64,000 nt of DNA from Bryobacteraceae bacterium (GTDB lineage: Bacteria; Acidobacteriota; Terriglobia; Bryobacterales; Bryobacteraceae). A program made the translations under genes and the position numbers. The stretch covers positions 6,386 to 70,385 of the forward strand of contig DATJMP010000123.1 of NCBI GenBank assembly GCA_035508655.1. The letters are read 5' to 3'. This document shows, piece by piece, positions 26,020 through 36,240 of the stretch. The notes under the pieces are model-generated. The model was not told where the DNA came from. It ran no database searches and saw nothing but the letters and a program-made list of their open reading frames with translations. The first letter of the stretch is position 1, and every line of letters starts with the position of its first letter.

Positions 26020-26264
26020 GGGCGTTTCGAAAACCTGTCGGACGGCTGAAAAGAGCGAAACTACCGCTCTCTCGAAAGTCAGCGCGCAAACCCTTCAGCA
26101 TTCAGTGAAGTGCTACCAACCCGACCTTCATTCCCTTTGGCGCACCACGCTCAGCGCGCCTTCCTTCAGGTAGTTGTATACCTCTGAGCGCTTTCCGGCG
26201 GCTCGCCGCCTAGACAGATCATTCAGACAGCTTGTTTGACTTCGGCGCGGCGAGAGGGACCGCG

Positions 26265-28064
26265 CTACCACGCCAGCGCGTATGCCTCTACGCGCGGATC
26301 GGCTCCCGCGCTGAGCGTACCGGTCTTCTGGTCGAGGTAAATCGCGCCGATCGAGCCCATTACCCATGGGCCGCTGACCGTCAGCTTATGGCCGCGCGCG
26401 ATCAGCGCCTCCCGCACCGAAGCCGGAATCCTGCTCTCCACCGCCATCGCCGCCGGCACCATCACGTGCGGAAAAGGCGAGGCGGGGAAACTGGTGGTGT
26501 TGTAACGCGGCGCTTCAATCGCCTGCTGCACGTTCATTCCGAATTCCACCACGTTCAAAAATGTCTGGATGGTGCGCAGCACCTGGTCGTCGCCGCCCGG
26601 GCTGCCCAGAACCATCAGCGGCCGGCCGTCGCGCATCACGAGCGTGCTTTGCAGCGTGCTGCGCGGACGCTTGCCGGGCGCGAGCGCGTTGGCGTGACCC
26701 GGCACCAGCGAATAATAATCGCCGCGGCAGTTGAAGATGAACCCCAGGTCGCCCATCACCACGCCCGTGCCGAAGGCGCTGTGCAGGCTGGGCTCGAAGC
26801 TCACCATGTTGCGGTCCCGGTCCACCACGGCCAGGTAGCTGGTGTCGCCCGTGTGGTTGGCCGGGCCGCGCATCTGGACATCCAGCGGCCGCTCCACTCC
26901 TTCCGCGCCGGGCGGCACGCCGGGCCGGAACTCGGCTGACGCGTGCAGCGGGTCGATCAGCTTCCGCCGCTCGGCCGCGTAATCCTTCGAGAGCAACCCG
27001 CCGAAGGGCACGGAAATGAAGTCCGTGTCTCCCAGCCAGGTGTCGCGATCGGCCATCGCCAGTTTGATAGCCTCCACCGACGTGTGGATGTAATCCGCCG
27101 AGTTCAGGCCCATGTTCTTGAGGTCATAGCCCTCCAGCAGATTCAGAGCGATTAGTTCCGCCGGGCCCTGTGTCGACGACGCGTTCTTATAAACGCGGTA
27201 TCCGCGATAATCGATGGAAGCTGGCTCCTCCACCTCCGCGTGGTACGCCGCAAAGTCCTCGTACCGGTAGAGACCGCCGTTCTTCTCGGAAAACTCGCCC
27301 ATTTCGCGCGCGATGTCGCCCTTGTAGAACCGGTCGCGCGCCGCCCGCAAACCGGCCGATCGCCCCTGCCCTGCCGCCTGCCGCTCCGCCTCCACCAGTT
27401 TTCGGAGAGTAGCCGCCAAGTCCGGGTTGCGCCAGATTTCGCCTGGTTCTGGCTGGTGCGTGTCCAGGTGGAACAGTTTGACCGTCGTCGGGTATTTGTG
27501 GATCTTCCGCGAGCCTCGCAGATTGTGAGCCAGCGCGTCGCTGATGGGAAATCCGTTCTCCGCCAGTTCAATCGCCGGCTCGAGCACCTGCGCGAACGTC
27601 ATCGTCCCCCAGCGGTCCAGAAGCGTGTACCACGCATCCACCACGCCGGGAAGCGACGCCGAAAGCAACCCGTCGCTCTCCGGAATACGGCCATCCGCAT
27701 TTTTCCGGTACCACTCGATCGTGGCCAGCCGCGGCGCCGTGCCTTCGGCGTTAATCGAATAGACCTTCTTTGTCTTGGAGTCGTATACCAGTAGAACGGC
27801 GTCGGAGCCGACGCCGTTCATTGGGAAATCCACCAGTCCGAGCACCGCCTGTGCAGCCACTGCCGCATCGAACGCGTTGCCGCCGGCCCGTAGAATCTGC
27901 TCGCCTACCTGCGAGGCTTGCGGCTTCATCGCTACCACCGCGTACTGAGTACCGCGAATCACCGGACGCGTCGTCCGGTTCGCCGGTTGCGGCGGATCCT
28001 CCTCGGCCTGCCCGGTCAGGACAGCCACGGAGAGAATCAAAACGGCCCACAGACGGCACTTCAT
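26265..28064 (-). CDS. Gamma-glutamyltransferase family protein (exported)
   Basis: Signal peptide MKCRLWAVLILSVAVLTG; autoprocessing region HTGDTSYLAVVDRDRNMVS; ...GSPGGDDQ.... Confidence 0.9.
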   Translation of the reverse strand: MKCRLWAVLILSVAVLTGQAEEDPPQPANRTTRPVIRGTQYAVVAMKPQASQVGEQILRAGGNAFDAAVAAQAVLGLVDFPMNGVGSDAVLLVYDSKTKKVYSINAEGTAPRLATIEWYRKNADGRIPESDGLLSASLPGVVDAWYTLLDRWGTMTFAQVLEPAIELAENGFPISDALAHNLRGSRKIHKYPTTVKLFHLDTHQPEPGEIWRNPDLAATLRKLVEAERQAAGQGRSAGLRAARDRFYKGDIAREMGEFSEKNGGLYRYEDFAAYHAEVEEPASIDYRGYRVYKNASSTQGPAELIALNLLEGYDLKNMGLNSADYIHTSVEAIKLAMADRDTWLGDTDFISVPFGGLLSKDYAAERRKLIDPLHASAEFRPGVPPGAEGVERPLDVQMRGPANHTGDTSYLAVVDRDRNMVSFEPSLHSAFGTGVVMGDLGFIFNCRGDYYSLVPGHANALAPGKRPRSTLQSTLVMRDGRPLMVLGSPGGDDQVLRTIQTFLNVVEFGMNVQQAIEAPRYNTTSFPASPFPHVMVPAAMAVESRIPASVREALIARGHKLTVSGPWVMGSIGAIYLDQKTGTLSAGADPRVEAYALAW

Positions 28065-28147
28065 GACGAACCTCCTTGCCTGGGATGGTCAGGAACTACA
28101 AATTGCATCACAAACCGGTCCCACAGACAAGGTCTGGCAGGATTCGT

Positions 28148-29356
28148 TTACATCGGACCCCGTCCTCCCGAGGGTCCGGCAGGTGCGCTAGGAACCGGAG
28201 ACGCCAGAAACGGCGTCGAACCGATCGCCTTCCCGCTCACCGAAGAGCATCCGCCCGTTGTCCCCGGTCCGCTCGCGCAGCCGAAGTAGTTCAAAGTCGC
28301 ATCCACAGTGCCGGTGCCCAGGTTCGCCACGCCCACCGCCCCGCCAAGCAGGTTGTTCAGGTGCACAGCGCTGCCGCCGGGATTGTTGATCACCACGTCC
28401 AGCGCTTCGTTCTCGATGGTGTTCTCGAGAATTTGCGTCGCATAAATGGGAGCGACAGCGTAAATGTTGATTCCCGCTGTTCCCGGTGTCGCGGAGTCCT
28501 GCACGTCCGCGCCGTTGCCTGAAATGTAATTGCCCAGAATTACCAGATCGTTCAAATTGACGCCTGGCGCGCCCGGAGGCGCCGCATGATTGTGCACGGT
28601 AACTCCCGGCAGCCCGTTGTCCAGGATTACGTTGCCGATGATCTTGTTTTCAAACGCCACATTTCCCGGTCCCGGCGCGAAAACCCCAATGCCGGCGCCT
28701 TCTCCCGCAATCCCGTTCCGCGACACGTTGTTGCCAACGATGTTATTGCTCACCACCCCGTAAGGCAGCTTGGAAGACGCCTGCGGCGACGGCGGATGCG
28801 ACGCCAGCGTGATCCCGCAATCCAGTGCGTTGTCGTGCACGGAGTTGCCGGTGATCAGGTTTTCGAACGTCTCGCCAGTCTCATCGCTGAGCAGAATGCC
28901 GCCCGAGTTCAATTCCACGTCGTTGTTGGCGACGTGGTTATTCGAAATCACGCTGTTGATGGTGTTGGTGACCAGAATGCCCTCATAGTTCGCGTTGGTC
29001 ACCGTCAGCCCCGTCACCAGCACGCCGGAAAGCCCACCGTTATCCAGTCCGTCCACGTAGATCCCGTTGGCCAGTCCGCGCGCATTAATGATGGTGGAAG
29101 ACGCGCCCGATCCCACCAGCGCCAGCGGTTTGCTGATGACCACGTCTTCCGCATATTGGCCCGTCCCAATGTTGATCAGGTCGCCGGCCGATGCCGCCTT
29201 TACCGCCGCGCCGATGGTGGAATAGCACCCCGACGCGCCGCTCGGATTGACGCACAAAGTTGCTGCCGATGCGGCAGAATCGAAAAACAAAACTGCCAGG
29301 CCGCACAAGACGATCACGTTAAGGGCGTGCGGCGCCCCTCTTCTCCAGAACGACAT
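28148..29356 (-). CDS. Exported right-handed parallel beta-helix repeat protein
   Basis: Track ORF trimmed to MSFWRRGAPHALNVIVLCGLAVLFF (GGAGGG upstream). Repeated ...N.I.GN... turns (NNHVANN, ITGNSVHDN, VGNNVSRN, IIGNVILDN, ILGNYISGN). Confidence 0.8.
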   Translation of the reverse strand: MSFWRRGAPHALNVIVLCGLAVLFFDSAASAATLCVNPSGASGCYSTIGAAVKAASAGDLINIGTGQYAEDVVISKPLALVGSGASSTIINARGLANGIYVDGLDNGGLSGVLVTGLTVTNANYEGILVTNTINSVISNNHVANNDVELNSGGILLSDETGETFENLITGNSVHDNALDCGITLASHPPSPQASSKLPYGVVSNNIVGNNVSRNGIAGEGAGIGVFAPGPGNVAFENKIIGNVILDNGLPGVTVHNHAAPPGAPGVNLNDLVILGNYISGNGADVQDSATPGTAGINIYAVAPIYATQILENTIENEALDVVINNPGGSAVHLNNLLGGAVGVANLGTGTVDATLNYFGCASGPGTTGGCSSVSGKAIGSTPFLASPVPSAPAGPSGGRGPM

Positions 29357-29666
29357 AATCCCTCCATGTATTGGAACCGCGCTCGCGCTTCGATCGTTCG
29401 ATCCCGCTGCGCGCTCCGAGATTATACCTTGCACTCGGGGCAAAACAAGTCGGGCCAAACCCGTAGTTTTGGGAGAAGAGTTGAATCCTGAACAGTTTCG
29501 TCCCGGACGCACATATTGGAGTTATGTTGGGCTCTCGGGAGCCACCCGCTCGCTAACGGAGGCGCCCGATGCCCGAACCTACTATCGGATATGAAACAAT
29601 GAAATTTCATCGCCCGGTGGGAGCGTCCGGCAAACCGGCGTCACCCATCCCTTCTGGTTGATTCTC

Positions 29667-31931
29667 ATGACCAAGCCATCCATCCCGTTCCATTTCCTCT
29701 GCCTGGCGGCCGCTGCGAGCCTGGCTTTCGGCGCGCAGGCCGCGCGCCAGGAGGAACCTGTCGATTACGTAAATCCGAATATCGGCACCATCGGCCATTT
29801 GCTGACTGCCACTGCGCCCTACGTCCAATACCCGCACGGGATGGCCCGCATTGCGCCGGTCACCACTCCGGGCATCGAAGACCGCTACCTGGCCGATCGC
29901 ATTTTCGGTTTCCCCGCCGGTCCGGCCACCCTCATGGCCTATACCGGAGATCTTTCCATCGATCCCGCCCGCACCGCTTCCCACTACGACCACGATTTCG
30001 AAACCGCCACGCCCTACTGGTACAAGGTCCGCTTGGACGATTCGGATGTCGAGGCGGAAGCGACAGCCACGCCGCTCGCGGCCTATTACCGCTTCACTTT
30101 CCCCGCCGCTTCCCACGCCCATCTTTCCCTGAACCTCAGAAATGGTGAACTCGAAGCCACGGGCCCGGATTCGCTTTCCGGCTCGGGCAGCCTCGGCCGA
30201 GGCGAAAGCGTGCGCTATTACTTCTATGCCGTATTCTCCCGGCCCATCGCCGGCTATCGCACCTGGAACGGCGGCAATCTGTCCTCGGAAGCCCGGCAGT
30301 CCGGCAATGTCATCGGCTTTGTCACGGATTTCGCCGCCCGCACCGGAGAGCGCATCGAGGTGCGCGTCGGCCTCTCCTACATCAGCGTGGAGCAGGCCAG
30401 GAACAATCTCGGAAACCAGATTCCAGGCTGGACTTTCGATGCCGTCAAGGCCCGCGCTCGTGCAGCCTGGAATGCCGCGCTCGGCACAATCGAAGTGACC
30501 GGCGGCACCCGCCGCCAGCGCACCATTTTCTACACGGCCCTCTACCGCACTCTCAGCCGCATGACGGACATCACCGAAGATGGCCGCTACTACAGCGGCT
30601 ACGATCATCAGGTGCATGCGGCCGAAGGCCACGATTTCTACGTCGATGACGGCCTCTGGGACACGTACCGCAGCGCCCACCCCCTATCTCTGCTTATTGA
30701 ACCCGGCCGCCAGTTGGATATGGTCCGGTCTTATATCCGCATGTACGAGCAGAGCGGCTGGATGCCCTCGTTTCCCTCCGTCGGCGGCGAACGCGCCGTC
30801 ATGATCGGCCATCACTCCACCGCGCTCATCGCCGACGTCTACGCCAAAGGCTATCGCGCCTTCGACATCGAAAAGGCCTATGAAGGCATGCGCAAGAACG
30901 CCACCGAAGCCACCATGCTGCCCTGGCGCCGCGGCCCGCTGACCGCCCTGGACAAGGTCTACTTCGAAAAGGGCTTCTTCCCTGCGTTGGCCAAGGGCGA
31001 AGCGGAAAACGTCGCGGAGGTGCATCCGTTCGAAGCCCGTCAGGCGGTCTCTGTCACTCTGGAAAACGCCTACGACGACTGGTGTCTCGCCCAGGTGGCG
31101 AAAGCCCTCGGCAAGCAGGACGACTACGCCTATTTCCTGAAGCTCGCCCACAATTACGTCAACGTCTTCGACCCAAAGACCGGCTTTATGGCGCCCAGAA
31201 GCGCCGATGGCCGGTGGGTGGAGGGCTTCGACCCACGCCTCGGCGGCGGCCAGGGCGGCCGTGCATGGTTCACCGAATGCGATGCCTGGGTCTACCTCTG
31301 GCACGTCCAGCACGATCCCGCGGGCCTCATCGCCCTCCTGGGCGGTCCCGAAAAATTCGCTGCCAGGCTGAACCAGCTATTCGAGGAGCCGTCCGGAACT
31401 TCCAAGTTCACCTTCCTGGCACAGTTCCCGGACATGACCGGTCTCATCGGTCTCTATCCGCAGGGCAACGAGCCGGCCTTCCATATCCCTTACCTGTTCG
31501 ATTATTGCGGCCGGCCGTGGGAAACCCAGAGACGCGTCCGCCAGATCATGGATGTGTGGTACGGCGACGGTCCGCTCGGCATTTGCGGAGATGAAGACGG
31601 CGGCGCCATGTCTTCCTGGTACGTATTCAGCGCCATGGGCTTCTACCCCGTCACACCCGGCGAACCGACTTATGAAATCGGAAGTCCGCTGTTCGGCGAA
31701 ACGCGCATCCGCCTCGAAAATGGCAAGGTCTTTACCGTCCGCGCCGAAAATGTTTCCGCACAGAACAAGTACATCCAATCGGCCACGCTCGATGGCAAGC
31801 CGTGGAACCAGCCGTGGTTTCCGCATTCGGCCCTTGCCAATGGCGGCACCCTTGTCCTGGTCATGGGCCCCAAACCGAATCGCGAATGGGGCAGCGCGCT
31901 CGCTGCCGTCCCCCCATCCATGTCGCGCTAG
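29667..31931 (+). CDS. Glycoside hydrolase family 92 (alpha-mannosidase-like), exported
   Basis: Track ORF starts at TTG 29658; ATG 29667 gives MTKPSIPFHFLCLAAAASLAFGAQA. VDYVNPNIGT...PYGM-like N-terminus and 754 aa are typical of GH92. Confidence 0.9.
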   Translation: MTKPSIPFHFLCLAAAASLAFGAQAARQEEPVDYVNPNIGTIGHLLTATAPYVQYPHGMARIAPVTTPGIEDRYLADRIFGFPAGPATLMAYTGDLSIDPARTASHYDHDFETATPYWYKVRLDDSDVEAEATATPLAAYYRFTFPAASHAHLSLNLRNGELEATGPDSLSGSGSLGRGESVRYYFYAVFSRPIAGYRTWNGGNLSSEARQSGNVIGFVTDFAARTGERIEVRVGLSYISVEQARNNLGNQIPGWTFDAVKARARAAWNAALGTIEVTGGTRRQRTIFYTALYRTLSRMTDITEDGRYYSGYDHQVHAAEGHDFYVDDGLWDTYRSAHPLSLLIEPGRQLDMVRSYIRMYEQSGWMPSFPSVGGERAVMIGHHSTALIADVYAKGYRAFDIEKAYEGMRKNATEATMLPWRRGPLTALDKVYFEKGFFPALAKGEAENVAEVHPFEARQAVSVTLENAYDDWCLAQVAKALGKQDDYAYFLKLAHNYVNVFDPKTGFMAPRSADGRWVEGFDPRLGGGQGGRAWFTECDAWVYLWHVQHDPAGLIALLGGPEKFAARLNQLFEEPSGTSKFTFLAQFPDMTGLIGLYPQGNEPAFHIPYLFDYCGRPWETQRRVRQIMDVWYGDGPLGICGDEDGGAMSSWYVFSAMGFYPVTPGEPTYEIGSPLFGETRIRLENGKVFTVRAENVSAQNKYIQSATLDGKPWNQPWFPHSALANGGTLVLVMGPKPNREWGSALAAVPPSMSR

Positions 31932-32183
31932 TGTGGTATTCCGGTCACCGGTCACCGCCCCTTACGTACGCCACGAACACAGCCGCGACCGTAAGGGAGT
32001 TCACCATGGCCGTGCCGGCCGCCAAGAGGATGAAAGTCCGCCTGGCTGGCACCCGTAGAGCCGGCCTCCTGGCCGGCCATGCCGGCATCCGTGCCGGCAT
32101 TCCGGACCAGCCGGATACCAGTCCGGCATGACTTTCAACGGAGCGGTCGCTCGGTGTCCGCACTAGTCGCAGCAACGGATTCG

Positions 32184-33320
32184 CTATCGCGCCGCCAGCA
32201 CGTCGGCGTAATGCCGCTCGTACTGCGGAATGATCTTCTCCGTGCAGAAGCGCTCGTTGGCGTTCCAGCGGCCGGTCTTGGCCATGCGGTAATGCAGCGT
32301 GTCGTCTGTCAGCAGCTGCACCACCCGCGCAGCCTGCGCCGCGATGTCGCCGACAGGTTCCAGAAAGCCGTCTTCGCCGTCCGTGATCAGCTCCGGCACG
32401 CCGCCTACCCGCGTCGCCACCGGCACCACCCCGCAAGCCATCGCCTCCAGAGCCACCAGGCCGAACGATTCCAGTTCGCTCGGCATCAGCAGCACGTGCG
32501 CCAGCGGAATCAGCCGCTCCACGTGATTCTGCTTGCCCAGGAAGGACACGTGGCGTTCTACCCCAAGCTCCCGCGCCAGGTGTTCCGCCGGGCCGCGCTC
32601 CGGCCCGTCTCCCACCATCAGCAGGTGCGCGCCCACGCTGCGCCTCACCTCGGCCAGGATTCGCACGCAATCCAGCACGCGTTTCACCGGCCGGAAATTG
32701 GAAAGGTGGATTAGCAGCTTTTCGCCGCCCGGTGCATAGTCCGCCGCACGCTTCTTCTCGTTGTCCGGATGGTAAAGCTCGCAATTGACGAAATTGCGGA
32801 TCACCCGAATCTCGTTCGGCACGCCGAACACGGCCACCGTCCGCTGCCGCAGGTATTCGCTGATGGAGGTAATGCCGTCGGATTTCTCGATGGAAAACTT
32901 GGTAATCGGGAAGTACGAAGGCTCGGTCCCCACCAGCGTGATGTCCGTGCCGTGCAACGTGGTGATGAATGGCAGCCGCTGTTTGTGCCCCGAATGCTCA
33001 AGCATCTGCTGCGCCAGCAACGCCGAAATCGAATGCGGAATGGCATAATGCACGTGCAGCAGATCGAGCTCGTACGCCTCCGCCACTTCCGCCATCCGCG
33101 AAGCCAGCGCCAGCGTATAGGGCGGATACTGAAACAGCGGATACGTCGCCACTTCCACCTCGTGATAGTCGATGCGCGGAATGCCCGGATCGAGCCGGAT
33201 GGGGTTGGCGTAGCTGATGAAATGGACGTGATGGCCGCGGTTGGCGAGCTCCAGGCCCAGTTCCGTGGCCACGATGCCGCTGCCGCCGTACGTCGGGTAG
33301 CACGTGATGCCGATATTCAT
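32184..33320 (-). CDS. bshA: N-acetyl-alpha-D-glucosaminyl L-malate synthase (bacillithiol glycosyltransferase BshA)
   Basis: Trimmed to MNIGITCYPTYGGSGIVATELGLELANRGHHVHFI, the hallmark BshA N-terminus. GT4 C-terminal E-x7-E region. ATGA overlap with the upstream gene. Confidence 0.85.
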   Translation of the reverse strand: MNIGITCYPTYGGSGIVATELGLELANRGHHVHFISYANPIRLDPGIPRIDYHEVEVATYPLFQYPPYTLALASRMAEVAEAYELDLLHVHYAIPHSISALLAQQMLEHSGHKQRLPFITTLHGTDITLVGTEPSYFPITKFSIEKSDGITSISEYLRQRTVAVFGVPNEIRVIRNFVNCELYHPDNEKKRAADYAPGGEKLLIHLSNFRPVKRVLDCVRILAEVRRSVGAHLLMVGDGPERGPAEHLARELGVERHVSFLGKQNHVERLIPLAHVLLMPSELESFGLVALEAMACGVVPVATRVGGVPELITDGEDGFLEPVGDIAAQAARVVQLLTDDTLHYRMAKTGRWNANERFCTEKIIPQYERHYADVLAAR

Positions 33321-34291
33321 TTTGCGGTTATGTGCAGTACACCGTAGCCGATTTGCCCGTCCAGGTTCTCGTCGGGCCGGGGGATATCCCCGCCGCCGAA
33401 CCATACCCCCACGGTAGAGTCGTCCAGCGGTTCCACACTAGGATCGCATATCACCTTCGCATCCCACGCCGAAGCGCCTGAGATTACCTGCGGAAGCTTC
33501 ATCCAGTGGACTCCGTCGGTAGATTGTGCCAGCCCCAGCCGCCGGATTTCGCCCGCGCCTCGGCCGGTGTAGAGCATCCAGTAGAAGCCGTGCGCCTGCC
33601 ACACGGCCGGTTCTCCCAACCCGTTTTCGTCGAACGCGCCGGGCGCGCCCAGTTCCAGCACCGGATTGGAGATCAGCTTCTGCCAGTGCACTCCGTCTTC
33701 CGAACGCGCCATGCCGATCCGCTGCCGCGTCGCGCGATCCTGCCCGAGATAGTAGAGATAGAAATACGGGCCGACGCGGATCACGTCCGGATCCGCCACG
33801 CCCTCCTCATCCCAGCTCATGTACGGCCCGGGCTCGAACACCGGCTCAGGCAGCTTGCGCCAGTCTTGCGCCAGCCCTATCCGTGGGGTCTCGCGCGGTC
33901 CGGCCACGTACCAATACCAGACCGCCCCGTTGAATTCCAGCGCGGAGCCGTTGGCTGCAATATAGGAACCTTCCCAGGTTCTCGGATCCGGCGAGAGCAC
34001 TGCACCCAGATCCTGCCATTGACGTAAATCGCCGGTAAACGCGTGCCGCGTGCGCCATGTCGCGCCGTCCCATGCGGAGTAATAGACGTGCCACTTGCCG
34101 GTGACCGAAGGGTTTAATACATCGCGCGCCTGTCCGCGGCTCAGCACGGGCTCCGGGCGTTCCTCGAAGGTGATCGAAAAATCGGAGTTCCCGCCGGGCA
34201 GTTGGGGAAGAGTGAACGTGGTGTATCGGCCGCACCCCGGCAACGTGAGACTAATCGCCGCCAGCGCTGCCGCCCATCCCCCCCGCCTCAT
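33317..34291 (-). CDS. Lipoprotein with five-bladed beta-propeller glycoside-hydrolase-like fold (GH43/GH130/DUF377-like)
   Basis: Lipobox LTLPGC. Five recurrences of aromatic-rich blade motifs (VYYSAWDG, WYWYVAGP, FYLYYLGQD, YWMLYTGRG, GVWFGGGD). Confidence 0.7.
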   Translation of the reverse strand: MRRGGWAAALAAISLTLPGCGRYTTFTLPQLPGGNSDFSITFEERPEPVLSRGQARDVLNPSVTGKWHVYYSAWDGATWRTRHAFTGDLRQWQDLGAVLSPDPRTWEGSYIAANGSALEFNGAVWYWYVAGPRETPRIGLAQDWRKLPEPVFEPGPYMSWDEEGVADPDVIRVGPYFYLYYLGQDRATRQRIGMARSEDGVHWQKLISNPVLELGAPGAFDENGLGEPAVWQAHGFYWMLYTGRGAGEIRRLGLAQSTDGVHWMKLPQVISGASAWDAKVICDPSVEPLDDSTVGVWFGGGDIPRPDENLDGQIGYGVLHITAK

Positions 34292-34297
34292 GATGGA

Positions 34298-34333
34298 GTC
34301 CCGATCCCCGGTCCCGGGTAGCCGGCCCCTCGC
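34298..34333 (-). repeat. G-tract element directly after the histidine-kinase stop codon
   Basis: Minus strand reads TGA-AGCGAGGGGCCGGCTACCCGGGACCGGGGATCGGGAC, with several G3-4 runs. Confidence 0.45.
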
Positions 34334-34334
34334 T

Positions 34335-35465
34335 TCATGCCAGCGGAACTCTGTATTTCAGGCTGGCGCCGCGGCCCGGCCGCGATTCGAGCAGCAGTTC
34401 CGCATTCAGGGCCCGGGCGCGACGCTTCAGGCTTGCCGGACCGAGGCGCAACAGCTCCAGTTCTTCCAGCGAGTAGCTGCCCGCGAACGGAAAACCGTGG
34501 CCGTTATCGTCCACAGAGATCTCCAGCCCCTTATCCGTCTTTTCCAGCGAAACCGCCACCCGCGTGGCTCCGGCGTGCTTCTGCACGTTATGCAGCGACT
34601 CCCGCAGCATCTGCAAAACTTCGAGCGTCGTCTCCCGCGGCAGACCGACCGGCGTTTTCTCTCCCTGGAATGTCACCGGGATGCTGCTTTCCTTCTGGAA
34701 GGTTTCGGTCAGGCGCCGGACCACCGCCACGAAATTACCCCCGTCCACGTCGACCGGACGCATGCTGTGCAGGAAAGTGCGCAGGTCCCGAACCTGGGTT
34801 TGCGCAAGCACCTGGAGATCTTTCAGGTCCTGCAAGCCTGCCTGAGCGTCCCGATCCAGCAGCTTACGCACGATCTCCAGGCGCATCTGCAAGCTGATAA
34901 AACTTTGCAGCGGGCCGTCGTGGAAATCGGAAGCGATGCGTTGCCGTTCCTCTTCGCGCGCCTTGGCCGCGCTATTCTCCGCATCGGCCAGCCGGTGGCT
35001 CAGCCCATCCGTCTCCCGTTTCTGCCGTTGCTGGGCGAGTGCGCAGCCGATGGCCAGCACGCCGGTGGTGATCACCACCGGTTCCAGCGCCCGTGTCGGC
35101 GGCTTCGAGATCGCCCCGCAGAAAACCGCGCAAATGCCTACGATCACCGTCAGTTCCAGCGGGGCATAAAATGCCAGGGTTTCGCCCAACAAGTATACGA
35201 AGGCGGCTGGGGCGATCCACATGGCCGCCCCCGGTGCATTGGCCAGAGCCAGAAAGAAAACCAGGTCCGCGAACAGCACCAGCAGCCCGGAGATCCCGCG
35301 CAGGCCCCTCGATCGGAAGGCCATCACCAAGGCCACAATCAGGAAGACGGCAATCGCCGCGCTTAGCAGCAGCGGCGACTTCAGCGCCAGGTTCACGGCC
35401 AGCGCAACGGCAGCGAGCACCACCCGCCCCCAGCCGCTATAGCGCAACACGGTGGTTCCAGTCAC
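34335..35465 (-). CDS. Membrane sensor histidine kinase (HisKA_3/NarX-DesK type), orphan
   Basis: N-terminal hydrophobic helices; H-box IASDFHDGPLQSF; HATPase_c region. No LuxR-type regulator gene adjacent. Confidence 0.85.
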   Translation of the reverse strand: MTGTTVLRYSGWGRVVLAAVALAVNLALKSPLLLSAAIAVFLIVALVMAFRSRGLRGISGLLVLFADLVFFLALANAPGAAMWIAPAAFVYLLGETLAFYAPLELTVIVGICAVFCGAISKPPTRALEPVVITTGVLAIGCALAQQRQKRETDGLSHRLADAENSAAKAREEERQRIASDFHDGPLQSFISLQMRLEIVRKLLDRDAQAGLQDLKDLQVLAQTQVRDLRTFLHSMRPVDVDGGNFVAVVRRLTETFQKESSIPVTFQGEKTPVGLPRETTLEVLQMLRESLHNVQKHAGATRVAVSLEKTDKGLEISVDDNGHGFPFAGSYSLEELELLRLGPASLKRRARALNAELLLESRPGRGASLKYRVPLA

Positions 35466-35468
35466 GGC

Positions 35469-36005
35469 TCATTTCCGATACAGGTACAGGGTGTGGCTCC
35501 GCCCTTCGCCGTCGTCGGCTATGTCCTCCACTTTCTCCGGCGTCCACGCCTGAAACGCGAAATCGTGAGCCACCACACGCGCGCCCTTTTTGAGTTTCCG
35601 GGCCAGCATTGGCTCCACTTTTGTATCGATGGATTCGGGCAGCAAGTAAACGGTTACAAGGTCAGCCGAGCTATAATCCTGCTGGAGAAGGTCCCCGCTG
35701 ATAATGTGCGCCCGATTGTCCAGCCCAAGCTTGTGAATCCGGCTCGTACTCTGCCGGCACAGATCCGGCATCAATTCGACGCCGAACGCTTGTGCATGGT
35801 ATTTCTGGGCCGCCATAATCACGATGCGGCCGTCGCCTGAGCCAAGATCGAACATCGTCTCGCCGGTTTTGAGCCCACCCAGTTCCAGCATCTTTTCCAC
35901 GATGCTCTGCGGAGTGGGGTAGTAGGGCGCAAGCTTTTCCTCCGCAGTGCTTTGGGCGCACACGGGGAGAAAGGCTGCGAGCCAGATGAAGCAGATCTTT
36001 CGCAT
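35469..36005 (-). CDS. Class I SAM-dependent methyltransferase with an apparent signal peptide
   Basis: MRKICFIWLAAFLPVCAQS, then motif I FDLGSGDGRIVI; 178 aa. Confidence 0.8.
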   Translation of the reverse strand: MRKICFIWLAAFLPVCAQSTAEEKLAPYYPTPQSIVEKMLELGGLKTGETMFDLGSGDGRIVIMAAQKYHAQAFGVELMPDLCRQSTSRIHKLGLDNRAHIISGDLLQQDYSSADLVTVYLLPESIDTKVEPMLARKLKKGARVVAHDFAFQAWTPEKVEDIADDGEGRSHTLYLYRK

Positions 36006-36240
36006 CCGAACCCCGTTCGTTATCTAACAATTTAACATTTTTGGTTTGGGAACAAGACGGGGATTCACCTCACCCCTACCCAAATTGGGTACTGTCGCCC
36101 GGCCATTTCCTGCACGAAATCATCCCCGCCGGACAACCGTGCGGTGGCACCCACCGGAAGCGCCCAAACCGGGTGGATCGCCACACGGTGCCAAGGCGGT
36201 GTCCAGGCCGGATATGGTATCCCAGGAATCGGAGCTTATC

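Noticed and set aside
26052-26070. Hairpin agagcg-N7-cgctct as a terminator for the GGT gene or the small membrane-protein gene
   Set aside because: It has only a 6-bp stem, lies about 190 nt from the GGT stop, and has no U-tract on the plus strand.
31945-32100. 51-codon ORF downstream of bshA with one hydrophobic helix (MPARMPAW...FILLAAGTAMVNSLTVAAVFVAYV)
   Set aside because: It is the tail of a long antisense-style ORF. I saw no convincing RBS, it has an Arg/Pro/Ala-rich N-terminus, and no homology was recognised.
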